DNA from: Actinocorallia populi
GTDB lineage: Bacteria > Actinomycetota > Actinomycetes > Streptosporangiales > Streptosporangiaceae
Reading direction: 5' to 3'
DNA: 64,000 nt
Assembly: GCF_002995495.1 (NCBI RefSeq)
Contig: NZ_PVZV01000009.1
Span: forward strand, 106,888 to 170,887
In this document: in pieces, positions 1 to 9,504 of the stretch
Layout of the letters: every line of letters begins with the position of its first letter
Position numbering within the stretch: the first letter of the stretch is position 1
Position numbers and translations under genes: made by a program
The notes under the pieces: model-generated
The model's database searches: none
Told to the model about the DNA's origin: nothing
What the model saw: the letters and a program-made list of their open reading frames with translations, nothing else

Positions 1-57
1 CTGCCGTCCCGCACGACGTAGCAGAGCACTTTCTCCTTGACGACCTTTTCGGACATG
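1..57 (-). CDS. 5' end of an unidentified CDS running off the window (N-terminus MSEKVVKEKVLCYVVRDG...)
   Basis: The reverse complement of 1-57 begins ATG TCC GAA AAG and stays open to the window edge. No product can be assigned from 19 residues. Confidence 0.3.
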
Positions 58-97
58 GCGTTCTTTCGTGGTTCGAGTGGCGGTCGTCCAAGCCTAG

Positions 98-946
98 ATT
101 CCGCACCCTAGCCGTCCGGTCGCGGAGGCACCTCGGCGGCGGTCGGCCACACCCCTTGGCGCGGTCCGGGAAGCGACGATTGCCAAGGCATACCGGCTGC
201 TCAAGGTGATCATGAACACTGCTGTCGGGGACGGCCTGGTCAAGCGGAACCCGTGCCAGATCAAGGGCGGCGGGACGGAGAACGCCGCTGAGCGACCAAT
301 CCTGAGCATCGCTGAGGTCTACACCCTGGCGAATGCGATCGAACCGCGGTTCCGGGCGCTGGTGCTGCTGACGGTGTTCGCCAACCTCCGGTGGGGTGAG
401 GCCGTCGCACTGCGCCGTAAGGATCTGGACCTCGACGCTCGGATGGTGCGGATCGAACGGACGCTGGTCGAGGTCGCCGGTAGCCCGCTGCACTTCGGGC
501 CACCGAAGACCGACGCGGATACGCGCAGACTCCCCATCCCTGAGGTGATCGCGGATGAGCTGCAAGCACATGTGGACCAGTACGCCCAGGACGGCGAGGA
601 AGGGCTGATTTTCGTCGGGGCTAAAGGGGCGATGCTGCGGCGCGGTGGATTCCGTCGGATCTGGGCCAAGGCACTGGCAGAAGTCGGCTTGAAAGGCATC
701 CGCTTTCACGACCTCCGGCACACGGGAAGCACCTTGGCGGCCATCGTCGGCGCCACCCTCCCAGAGCTCAAAGAACGGATGAGGCACTCCAGTGATCGCG
801 CGGAGATGATCTACCTTCACGCCACCCAGGAGCGTCACCAGGAGATCGCCGACACCCTCAGCACCATGACCCAGGCCCAGCTCGAGGGCACGCAGGAAAA
901 GCCAACGGGCACGCGGCGGGCACGCAGGGGAAGAAAGCAGTCCTGA
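98..946 (+). pseudogene. Tyrosine-type recombinase/integrase, N-terminally truncated remnant (C-terminal catalytic domain intact)
   Basis: ORF 206..946 encodes a phage-integrase catalytic domain (…AYRLLKVIMNTAVGDGLVKRNPC…, HDLRHTGSTL, R…H…R…Y context). The frame is open upstream only to 98 and has no core-binding/SAM-like N-terminal domain. A typical integrase is about 380-400 aa; this ORF gives 246. Confidence 0.8.
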
Positions 947-1350
947 CATGAGAAAGGCCCAGGCAGAGTTTCGGACTCTGACCTGGGCCTTTGTTGGCTG
1001 TACCCCCAACGGGATCGCAGCCAAATGGCTGCATTTCCACTTGCGGTTCGGCCCGCCGCCAACTGGCGATGGCGCATCGATTCGGGATTGCCCGTGGCTC
1101 GCAAGAGTTTTCGTAACGGTGGGACGATCACAACCATCGACACTTGTGCCCGCCTACCCGATCGGCGACATCTGCTATATCCGTGTACACTGAACCATGT
1201 TGGTTGGTACTCAGCACCCAGGGCAGGCATCAGCCACATGAGTTTAGATCTCTAACGGGAGCGATATGTAACGGAGCGGGAAGCGTCCAAGGCGCACAAG
1301 CCATTGCCTGTTCCCTTATCGCGAGGAGGCCAGTTTGCAGAAGGACAGGC

Positions 1351-2619
1351 CTAGCGTCTTAGTGCTTCTATCGGTTCTATCCGGCTGGCGCGTAGTGCCG
1401 GATAGAGTCCGGCGAGAACGCCCGTCGCTGCTCCTATGAACGGTGCGGGCAGTACTGCGGCGGGTTCGAGAATCGGGGTCCAGTTCTGGAGGACTGCAGT
1501 GGCTACTACCACGATGACACCCAAGCCCGTGCCGACGAACCCGCCCAACAGCCCTAGAGTCGCCGACTCAGTGAGGAATTGTGCGGCGATATGCTGGCCT
1601 CGAGCGCCAAGACTGCGTCTGAGGCCGATTTCAGCCGTGCGTTCCATGACAGCCACGAGCGTGGTGTTGGCGATGCCTACAGCACCGATGACGAGACAGA
1701 TACCAGCCAGGGCAAGGAAGAGAGTGTCGAGGTCCGTTCCCACCTCCTCTCTGAGCTGTCGAGGGTCCGGCGGAACGGTGACCTTGAACTGTTCGGGTCG
1801 TTCGGGGCGGAGCGCTAGGGCAGCCTGCGAGCCGATGAGTTGCGCCGCTCCCAGTTTGGTATCGACTAGCATCTTGGGTGGATCGCCCGCGCCGGGATCG
1901 GGACGCTCCCAGAGTTCGGCCGCCGTGGCGTCAGGGACGATAACGGAGAGCAAGGTCTCGGGATGGCGATCGACGTCGTCAATGATACCTATGACGGTCA
2001 GGGCCGTTGATCCGACGAAGATTGCAGATCGGCCGTCTACCGTGGTGATGCCCAACCGCGCAGCAGCCGCTCGACCCAGAACGCAGACCCGCTGGCGGTT
2101 GCGCTGGTGGAAGGCGTCGTAGAGCCGCCCCTGCCCCAGTCGAGCGTGGATCGCGGTGAGATAGCCGGGACTAGCCGCCAGTACGGTCAGTGGCTCGCCC
2201 TCTATTTCTTCTGCCAAATGAGGTGGGCGGGCCGACACTAGGGTGCCACCGTCGCCTGTCCGCGGTGACCAGAACACCCCGGCTGCGCGTACCCCGTTCA
2301 GCGCGGTGAGGCGCTGTTCGGCGTCGGAAGGGAATGAGGTATTACCCTTTGCCGGATCGGAGGAGACATCCTGAACCAGCACCTCGGTCGCGGCCAATGC
2401 CGTGAACCGTTTGGAGATCTGTCCAGAGGTCGTTGCGGTTAGGCCCAGTACCGCGACGAAAGCTGCCACACCGAGTAGGGTTCCCAAGACCGTCAGCGCG
2501 CATCGGGCAGGCCGGGCCAACATTGCGGCCACGGCCTCGAAGAGAGCATCCAGGACCAGAAGCCGGGTTGGTTCGACCATGCGGTTTCGGTTGCGGCGCC
2601 AAGGCATCCGGATCGTCAT
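1351..2619 (-). CDS. ABC transporter permease, FtsX/MacB-like
   Basis: 422-aa ORF with an N-terminal TM helix, a large extracytoplasmic domain and C-terminal FtsX-type TM helices (…GICLVIGAVGIANTTLVAVMERTAEIGLRRSLGA…). It overlaps the upstream ATPase gene by 4 nt. Confidence 0.85.
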   Translation of the reverse strand: MTIRMPWRRNRNRMVEPTRLLVLDALFEAVAAMLARPARCALTVLGTLLGVAAFVAVLGLTATTSGQISKRFTALAATEVLVQDVSSDPAKGNTSFPSDAEQRLTALNGVRAAGVFWSPRTGDGGTLVSARPPHLAEEIEGEPLTVLAASPGYLTAIHARLGQGRLYDAFHQRNRQRVCVLGRAAAARLGITTVDGRSAIFVGSTALTVIGIIDDVDRHPETLLSVIVPDATAAELWERPDPGAGDPPKMLVDTKLGAAQLIGSQAALALRPERPEQFKVTVPPDPRQLREEVGTDLDTLFLALAGICLVIGAVGIANTTLVAVMERTAEIGLRRSLGARGQHIAAQFLTESATLGLLGGFVGTGLGVIVVVATAVLQNWTPILEPAAVLPAPFIGAATGVLAGLYPALRASRIEPIEALRR

Positions 2620-3344
2620 GGTGATTCCTTCCCCGCTGTCTGCTGCGTGGCCTCGGCTCGGAGCGCGGCAGGATTTGCCTCATGCAAGTGCCCGTCCCTG
2701 ATCACCACGGCACGCTGTCCTCTGGCGGCGACTCCTGGATCATGTGTGACGACGACCAGCGTGAAGCCGTCCCGGTGTAGTGTGTCCAACAGTTCGAGAA
2801 CGGTTTGAGCGGTCCGGCTGTCCAGGTTTCCAGTCGGTTCATCGCACAGCAGCAGCGAGGGCCGGTTCACCAGCGCCCGAGCGATGGCGACTCGCTGACG
2901 TTCTCCACCGGACAGCAGCCCGGCGAGAGAGTCCGCCCGGTGAGCGAGGGCGACCCGCTCCAGCATTTCGCCGGCCAAAGACCTCCTTCTCCGTCTGGGT
3001 ATTCCGGTGTAGAGGAGGGACAGCATGACGTTCTCCACCGCGCTGAGGCGGGGCAGCAAATGGAACGACTGGAAGACGAATCCGATCCTGCGACCTCTGA
3101 GAGCGGTCCGGTCACGTTCGTTGAGCGATGCGGTGTCGATCCCGTCGAGTCGGTAGATTCCCGAGGAAGGACGGTCCAGCAGTCCCGCGACGTTGAGGAA
3201 AGTGGATTTTCCCGATCCAGACGGCCCGACGACTGTCACGTACTCGCCCGGCATGATCGTTAGATTGGCTGGTGACAGTGCTATCACCGGTGGCGGCCCG
3301 GGGTAAGTGCGACTTATTTCTTCGAACCGGATAACCGGGGTCAC
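2616..3344 (-). CDS. ABC transporter ATP-binding protein (MacB/LolD-type)
   Basis: Walker A GPSGSGKST, signature LSGGERQRVAIARAL and Walker B LLLCDEPTGNLD. Translationally coupled to the adaptor gene upstream and the permease gene downstream. Confidence 0.9.
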   Translation of the reverse strand: MTPVIRFEEISRTYPGPPPVIALSPANLTIMPGEYVTVVGPSGSGKSTFLNVAGLLDRPSSGIYRLDGIDTASLNERDRTALRGRRIGFVFQSFHLLPRLSAVENVMLSLLYTGIPRRRRRSLAGEMLERVALAHRADSLAGLLSGGERQRVAIARALVNRPSLLLCDEPTGNLDSRTAQTVLELLDTLHRDGFTLVVVTHDPGVAARGQRAVVIRDGHLHEANPAALRAEATQQTAGKESP

Positions 3345-4576
3345 TTCGCACCTACGACGACTTGGTCGCCCTCGGCGAGCCCGGTTCCCGATATCTCCAC
3401 GTATCCGGTGCCGGTAGCCCCGGTGGTCACGGTGACGCGGGTCTGCCTGCCATCCGGTGCCATCTTGATCACCTGGGTTGACCCGTCGGCCGCCGCGTAG
3501 ATCGCGGATGCAGGAACCACCAGCACTGGTCCATCGGTGGGCGTCCCGTCTATCGACACCTGGACTTCCTGTCCCGTGAGCCGCGTGCTTAGCGGTTTGA
3601 GGCTCCGCACGGTGATCGGATGGCCTGGTTCTTGTTGTGGTTCTGTTTGCTCTTCGGAACCCTCCGGTGAGGTGGGCTCGGGAACGGAGTACGGGCCGAT
3701 GGACCGTACTGAGGCTTTGATGGGTGTGCCGGATGCCGGTGAGGCGATCTTTGCCTGACTGCCGGCCTTGACCAACCGACGATCGGAGGGCTGTAGTGAG
3801 CCGGTTACAACCAGCTCTCCGGTGGCCAACCTCAACAAAGTTCCCTTCACTTCCGAGCCGAGAGTCGCTTTCACTTCGAGGACCCGTGCGGGGAACTCTG
3901 GTACGAACACGACCTCACTCGATCGCAGCACGACGACTTTCCGGGGTCCAATGGGTTTGCGGGTGCCCGTCGTGTGAGGGCCGTTTGGGCTTTCAAGGGC
4001 GTCAGCGGCTTCGAGGGCTGGTTCGAAGTCTTTGTCGATGAACAGCTGCTTCACCGCAGCTTGGGTCGAGGCACCGTAGACTCCGGTGGAGTCAGCTACC
4101 GAATATCCGGCTTCACGCAACCCCTGTTGCAACTGCTCGACGTCAGCCCCCTTGTAACCGTTCTTAAGGTCCCGATACGCGGGCACAGAGCCCCTCAGCG
4201 CAATGACGGGACGGCCGGAGATGACCGCCACAACGTCTCCAGGACGTATTCGTTGTCCTGAGCGGGGCGGGGGGGCCGAGACCACGAGCTTCTGCACTGA
4301 ATCTGGTGCCACCGGTGAGACTTCGACGGTTCGTCCGGGGGTCACCGTCCCCCTGAAAGATACGGTCTCCCGCAGTACACGTTTTTCGACAGGAGCGGAG
4401 ATGATTGAGGGATCCGGCGGCCTTGCCTCAGCTGCCACCTGTTCGGATGATTTTACCCAGGTCGCAGACCCAAGGCCAGCGATGGATATGCTCGCTGAGG
4501 CAAGCAGAACGGCTATGAGAGGCCATCGACGCTTCCGATTCGTTGGCTTATTCAATCTTGTGACACCCACATTCAC
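3341..4576 (-). CDS. HlyD/MacA-family periplasmic adaptor with peptidoglycan-binding domain
   Basis: N-terminal TM anchor, PG_binding_1-like segment (ADVEQLQQGLREAGY…), and beta-barrel/lipoyl-like adaptor regions. It is the first gene of a three-gene operon with the ABC ATPase and permease. Confidence 0.75.
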   Translation of the reverse strand: MNVGVTRLNKPTNRKRRWPLIAVLLASASISIAGLGSATWVKSSEQVAAEARPPDPSIISAPVEKRVLRETVSFRGTVTPGRTVEVSPVAPDSVQKLVVSAPPPRSGQRIRPGDVVAVISGRPVIALRGSVPAYRDLKNGYKGADVEQLQQGLREAGYSVADSTGVYGASTQAAVKQLFIDKDFEPALEAADALESPNGPHTTGTRKPIGPRKVVVLRSSEVVFVPEFPARVLEVKATLGSEVKGTLLRLATGELVVTGSLQPSDRRLVKAGSQAKIASPASGTPIKASVRSIGPYSVPEPTSPEGSEEQTEPQQEPGHPITVRSLKPLSTRLTGQEVQVSIDGTPTDGPVLVVPASAIYAAADGSTQVIKMAPDGRQTRVTVTTGATGTGYVEISGTGLAEGDQVVVGAK

Positions 4577-4879
4577 CTCAGTCTAGAAAGCGGTGAGAGC
4601 AAAGGAGTACCACATGGTGGCGAGTTCAGTAGTCGCAGGTGGAGCATGCCCTCCTGTGGCGCAGGTCACATTTTAAGATTTAGGCTGGAGCTCTGCATGG
4701 ATGAGCTGGGATTTTGTTCTGAGCACCATGGCTGACCTGTTGATCTACAGTTATTGACCCGAGAAAAAATCGAGTGATAATTTCGCTGCGTACTTCCTGT
4801 ACCCGCTCCGGCTGAGGCCACCGATGCTTCCGACGGCTCTCTGCGGCCCCAGCCGGAGCAAAGCGAAGGGATTCTACAC

Positions 4880-5215
4880 ATGTTCTTCAAGAGGTGTGCT
4901 GCGGTCGGCGCCCTTGCCCTGGCCGGATTCGGCATCACCGCCGGAACCGCACAGGCGCTGATGACCTACCACGGCGACGACTTCACCAACGGCTCCAACT
5001 CCTCCACCATCATCCCGCGTGACATGGAGTGCGACGGTAACGGCGTCTACTCCAACACTCACAGCAAGAACTTCGGCTGGATCAAGGAGTGGGACGGGAA
5101 CGGAAGCCCGTGCAACGGTGGTGATGGTGGCAACGTGCACCTCCACCCGGCAGGGGTCTACTCCTTCAACACCTGTGAGGACCACGTCGGCTGCAGCGGC
5201 CGAGCTTACTGGTAA
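4880..5215 (+). CDS. Small secreted Cys-rich protein (signal peptide + about 84-aa mature region, 6 Cys), function unknown
   Basis: N-terminus MFFKRCAAVGALALAGFGITAGTAQA matches a Sec signal peptide. The mature part is Gly/Asn/Asp-rich with 6 cysteines. It lies in a lower-GC segment, divergent from the ABC exporter operon, with an AT-rich intergenic region at 4577-4879. Confidence 0.6.
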   Translation: MFFKRCAAVGALALAGFGITAGTAQALMTYHGDDFTNGSNSSTIIPRDMECDGNGVYSNTHSKNFGWIKEWDGNGSPCNGGDGGNVHLHPAGVYSFNTCEDHVGCSGRAYW

Positions 5216-5224
5216 GCAAGTCAC

Positions 5225-5905
5225 ATGTCCTTCCTTATGCGCCTTATGGCTCTCCTTGTCTTGGCTATGGGCTTGGGGTGGGCCACCGCTGCCGCAGTAG
5301 CCGTCTCTTCCGAGCAGGAACGTATTTCTACTCGGATACCCGTCCAGATAGATCATGGGGGAACGGGGCGGATCGTCATGCGTCAGGAGGTAGCGGAAGG
5401 ACGTAGATTCACTATCGTGCTCACAGAGTCCCGGGGGGCGGCGTCCCCGCCCCCCGGGCTTCGAAAATGGCCTGCTGACGGCGAGGTGTTCGTGTCGCCG
5501 GCACTTCAGTCGGCAGTTCCCGGAATAGCAAAGCGTTACGGAAATCCGGCGGGGATGATCGATCCTCACGGTTTGGCGCACCCCGGAGAATGGCTTGTCT
5601 ATGTGGGTGCTTCGCTTGAACGGCATGACGTGATTCGGGTGGATGGATTCGGTGGACCTTCGGGGAAGGCTTTTCCGATGGAGCTTGATTCGCAAGACGG
5701 TAGCCTCGGGTCCGAGATCTATTTTGTGATGATCATTCTATTTCTTGCCTTGGTTATCTGCTCCTTGCGGCTTATTCGTAAAAATTCGAGCCGAGGTCTG
5801 CTTGCTTCGGTGCTGGTCGCCGGTTATGCGGTACCGCTGCTGATGGCTGCGGCAGGAACCAGGATCCCTCTACCCCTGGTTGATTACGTTGTCTTCTGGA
5901 GTTGA
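5225..5905 (+). CDS. Hypothetical exported/membrane protein (N-terminal signal or TM helix, C-terminal TM helices)
   Basis: 226-aa ORF in the lower-GC island core. It has hydrophobic N-terminal and C-terminal segments and no recognisable domain. Confidence 0.5.
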   Translation: MSFLMRLMALLVLAMGLGWATAAAVAVSSEQERISTRIPVQIDHGGTGRIVMRQEVAEGRRFTIVLTESRGAASPPPGLRKWPADGEVFVSPALQSAVPGIAKRYGNPAGMIDPHGLAHPGEWLVYVGASLERHDVIRVDGFGGPSGKAFPMELDSQDGSLGSEIYFVMIILFLALVICSLRLIRKNSSRGLLASVLVAGYAVPLLMAAAGTRIPLPLVDYVVFWS

Positions 5906-5906
5906 T

Positions 5907-6791
5907 GTGCGTAAGATTTCCGCGGTTCTGCTGGCCGGAGCGTTGGTGACGGGTTGTGCGGACTCGGAGGCGATGAAGGGTGAGAGTTCAGGAGAAGTGC
6001 GCTCTATCTCCTCGATCGATGAGATTCGGTTGCCACTGGACGCTTATCAGCCCGAACACCAGAAGATTGTGACCTTCTTGAGGGCGCAGGAACTGCTGGA
6101 GCGAGATTGCTTGAAGAGGTTCGGCATTAATCGCGTACCGCGCAGCGATGCATATTATGAGACCTTGGCTGCGAGCGCTTCCCCTTCGCTCTCTCTCTGG
6201 CTGGGAGTAACCAGTGAAGAACTGGCCGGCAGAGACGGCTACGGAGTAGATCCTGTAGAGGTTCTGGTGCAGGAGGATAGTGGAGCACCTCCAGCAGAGC
6301 AGAGGGACGTTCTTGAAGGGAGGATCGCCGAATACTCGGGACAGCCTGTGCCGGAGAGAGGCTGTACCGGAGAGGCGGTGGACAGGCTCGGATTGACCGG
6401 TACGAGCGTCGCACCGACTTCAGTGGACAATCTAGGAGAGGGGAGCCTTAGAACGCTGGCGAACACCTCGGCCCGATCAGATCCCCAAATGGAGAAGCTG
6501 AACAAAGCCTGGAATGACTGCATGAACGAGGCTGGCTATGAGGATCTCCGTGCTCCGGGGCCAAGATATCAGCGTTCTCTTGGAGAGTCGATATCGACCA
6601 AAGAGCAACAAATGGCTTTGGCGGATGTGAAATGCAAGAATAAATTGAATTATATGGGGGTCTGGTCGGCGGTTCAAGGGCGATATGAGCAGCAACTAGT
6701 AGACAAAAATTTTGAGGTGCTGGAGCAGCGTAAAAAGGTGGTCGATGACCAGATTCGACGTGCTACGCAAATTCTCGGCACTGGCTCGTGA
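5907..6791 (+). CDS. Hypothetical lipoprotein
   Basis: Lipobox LLAGALVTGC directly after a GTG start at 5907. The start is ambiguous: the track ORF begins at TTG 5880 and TTG 5889 is also in frame. Cys-containing, no recognisable domain. Sits in the lower-GC core. Confidence 0.5.
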   Translation: MRKISAVLLAGALVTGCADSEAMKGESSGEVRSISSIDEIRLPLDAYQPEHQKIVTFLRAQELLERDCLKRFGINRVPRSDAYYETLAASASPSLSLWLGVTSEELAGRDGYGVDPVEVLVQEDSGAPPAEQRDVLEGRIAEYSGQPVPERGCTGEAVDRLGLTGTSVAPTSVDNLGEGSLRTLANTSARSDPQMEKLNKAWNDCMNEAGYEDLRAPGPRYQRSLGESISTKEQQMALADVKCKNKLNYMGVWSAVQGRYEQQLVDKNFEVLEQRKKVVDDQIRRATQILGTGS

Positions 6792-7750
6792 GCGGAAGGG
6801 AAAAAACCGGGGCTTTTCTGGGCGCAGTGGGTCTGCTGGCGCTGAGTTGGACCCTACAGGGCAGGGGGTGGGCGGATGCCGTAGCGGCGGCTGCTGGAGG
6901 GCTGTTGTTGCTCAGCGGAGCCCTTCTGTGGTCGCTTCCGAACCGGATTCGTCTGCAAGCCTGGGCTTGCGGAGTCCTGGCTGCGGCGTCCATGGTGCTG
7001 CCGATCTACGCCGCACCGATTACGAAAGGGGAAGTGGCAGCCCGCGAGGCCGCGCGGATTGTTGGGGATGGCCTTGTGATGGTTCGGCCTCTTAGGACAG
7101 TGGACGGCACGGTGGACAGTGAATGGCGCCGAATGCTTGCAGAACGTCACCCGATGATCATTATTGGTGTAGGTGAATACTGGTATGCGGACTGCGACGT
7201 TCTGGAGTACCTGGGCCCCTTTCAAGAGGGATGCCCCAAGGAGCCGACGCCGTTCGAAGCTGCCTATCGGCAGACTGCGCTGGTCAGGACAGCGGTAGCC
7301 TGGCTGGGGAGAGGTGGGATGACTGTCGGCTCTGAGTATTCCCCTGATGAGATCGTTGGTTACCTCGTTTTCAACCAAACAGGAGTAGACGGATACCGAG
7401 AGATCTCGGCTGCGGCTTATGCGGCCTTCTCCGCTCCTTGGATCCAGCGTCCCGGTGATCTGTGGCTTGGCGCAGGTTATGAAAAAGACCAGTGGGCCCA
7501 GCGATTCCGGTTGTTGGGCTTGGTGACGTTGTGGAGTTTCGCTTTGGTGGCTGCAGTCTTCGGCGCGAGATGGTTGATCGTCGGCGGAACCGCAGCGGGT
7601 GTGGCGATCGGTGGCTGGGCCTGGTATTTGGCACAGACAGGACGCCCTACCGCCGACACCGGCCCCTGGACCTTTGCACTCTGGGCACTCAGCGGGGTTC
7701 TGATTCTCCAAGTGATAGTCGCCGGACTCCGAACGAACCAGCACACATGA
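6788..7750 (+). CDS. Hypothetical integral membrane protein
   Basis: 320-aa ORF with multiple predicted TM helices at both ends (…LLALSWTLQGRGW…, …WLIVGGTAAGVAIGGWAWYLA…). Its start overlaps the stop of the preceding gene. Confidence 0.5.
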   Translation: MSGREKTGAFLGAVGLLALSWTLQGRGWADAVAAAAGGLLLLSGALLWSLPNRIRLQAWACGVLAAASMVLPIYAAPITKGEVAAREAARIVGDGLVMVRPLRTVDGTVDSEWRRMLAERHPMIIIGVGEYWYADCDVLEYLGPFQEGCPKEPTPFEAAYRQTALVRTAVAWLGRGGMTVGSEYSPDEIVGYLVFNQTGVDGYREISAAAYAAFSAPWIQRPGDLWLGAGYEKDQWAQRFRLLGLVTLWSFALVAAVFGARWLIVGGTAAGVAIGGWAWYLAQTGRPTADTGPWTFALWALSGVLILQVIVAGLRTNQHT

Positions 7751-7844
7751 ATATTTAGCAGGGGCGAGATGAAGCGCTTCGGGTCTGATGGAGACTGGTC
7801 TGCCCCGAGATATATGGAGTCGGGTTGCTGGACTTCATGCCACG

Positions 7845-8700
7845 GTGGGTATTTTCTCGAACTGTATCGGGGTGGACATGTCCAGGGCGCTGTGGCGGCG
7901 TCGGCGGTTGTGCCAGATCTCCAGGTACTCGAAGATCGCGTTGGCGAGCTCCACCCAGGTGTGCCAGCACTGCCGGTCGAGGAGTTCGACCTGCATGCAG
8001 GACCAGAACGACTGACTCCATCATCGCGTTGAATCGCTTCAGGCAGCGCATGATCTCGAGTTTGACTTTCTTTCCGCGGTGCGTCGCGCGGCGTATTCGC
8101 TGGTCGGTTGGTGGAACCGCATCCGGCTGAAGGCGATGCGATGCAAAGCAGCAGCCTCGATCTTTCATAGGGTCGGTCAAGTCGCGTAGCGACCTGACCG
8201 ACCGCTGTTTCCAGCGGTAGTTCAGCTTGGTTGCCCGGCTGTCGACTTGGGTGGGCGGGGTTCCATGGGCTCGGGTGGTCTCCTTCCTGATGTTGCAGGG
8301 ACGGTTGGTGCTGGTCAGTGGGCCGGTAAAGCCTGTAGTCGGGTGATCGCGCTGATGATCAAGTCGGTCCAGGGTCAGGTCCGCCGCGGACGAAGCGTGC
8401 GGCGCAGGAGAGCAGCCGCAGGCGCAGGCGTTTGGCCTTCCAGCGGCAGGCCGGGTGCTCGGGCAGGGCGAGTAGTTGCGCCCGGGCCAGGAGTTTGCAG
8501 GCCAGTGCGACGAGCTCGCACCAGATCTAGTTTTGGGTGAAGTCGTGCAGGGGCAGGTTCCGCAGCCCGGTGTCCTTCGCGCATCGGATGCGGTCCTCAC
8601 AACGTGCCCGCCGCCGGTGCCTCAGTTCGAGGTCGGCGAGCTGAGGCACCGGCGGGCGTTGGTGACGAACACGGTGAAACGGTGCCCGTCCACGTTGGTG
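7845..8700 (-). pseudogene. IS3-family transposase (OrfB-like), frameshifted/degenerate remnant
   Basis: The minus strand encodes the characteristic IS3 C-terminus …SFWSCMQVELLDRQCWHTWVELANAIFEYLEIWHNRRRRHSALDMSTPIQFE*, ending at 7845. The upstream part (…NAMMES…, DRGCCFASHRLQ similar to DRGSQYTSxxFQ) continues in other frames, which implies several frameshifts. The upstream extent is approximate. Confidence 0.6.
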
Positions 8701-8854
8701 AACCGCAGCTGGGCTCCGGGCGCGGGCGTTCCCGGCAGACGATGACCCGCATCCCCTGCGGTCAGCCGGACGAGTCGAGTAAGCCGGTGAACTCCGCGAC
8801 CCACGCACCCTCCCAGACTTGGCGGCCGGCGTCGTAGGCGGCCTGCCACTCGGC

Positions 8855-9202
8855 CTAGGGGAAGGCCCCAATCGCGTTCTGGAGGTCTTCGCCGAGCGTG
8901 AACCCGACCGAGTAATCCAGACGCCGGGCGGCCAACCACGCCAGGAACTCGTGCGTGCCGCTGCCGGAATCGGCGCGCACCAGCACCCGCCGCCTGCGCG
9001 CATTCGGCAGCTGGGCGAGCGCGAGTCTCGTGGTCTCGATGTGGTCGGCGGTGTTCGGCCCCGTCCTTCCTTCGCGCAGCAACACCGCCAGAGCCTCGCT
9101 CTCGCCTGCCGGGCCGTGGTCGGCGAACGCCGTCAACGGGTGAAAACCGAACGTCTTCTTCCAGGTCGGGGTGGCCTGCTCTTTCTCCGGGTGGACGATC
9201 AC
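8855..9202 (-). mobile_element. Truncated DDE transposase fragment, IS1380-family-like
   Basis: 115-aa ORF …KKTFGFHPLTAFADHGPAGESEALAVLLREGRTGPNTADHIE…RVLVRADSGSGTHEFLAWLAARRLDYSVGFTL… resembles the GFHPL…NTA…RADSG core of IS1380-type transposases, but is far shorter than a full enzyme. The family assignment is from memory. Confidence 0.5.
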
Positions 9203-9367
9203 GATCGTCGCGTCGGGTCGACCGGGACCAGATCGCCGTCGGTTCCGGAGTCAAGGACTATCTAATCTTTGGCCAAGACTTGCACTCTGCTCCCTCAAGG
9301 GATGGCTACTCGCCGGGCGTGATCTTCAAAGCTTGACTTTGATTCGCCCCAAGATCGACAAAAAGGA

Positions 9368-9440
9368 GTACCCCCAACGGGATTCGAACCCGTGCTACCG
9401 CCTTGAAAGGGCGGCGTCCTAGGCCACTAGACGATGAGGG
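9368..9440 (-). tRNA. tRNA-Glu (anticodon TTC)
   Basis: The reverse complement reads GCCCTCATCGTCTAGTGGCCTAGGACGCCGCCCTTTCAAGGCGGTAGCACGGGTTCGAATCCCGTTGGGGGTA. It folds as a cloverleaf, with anticodon loop CTTTCAA and T-loop GGTTCGAATCC. Confidence 0.9.
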
Positions 9441-9504
9441 CGCATGAGTGTGCTCAAGACCAGCATAGGGGACGGGGGCCGGAGACGTGTAATCGGTTTG
9501 GGGG

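Noticed and set aside
60-100. Possible tRNA 3' fragment or att-site copy (cgtggttcgagtggcggtcgtcc) near the integrase
   Set aside because: It contains a GGTTCGAG T-loop-like string, but the flanks do not form a T-stem and it does not match the tRNA-Glu 3' end. Judged to be a chance similarity.
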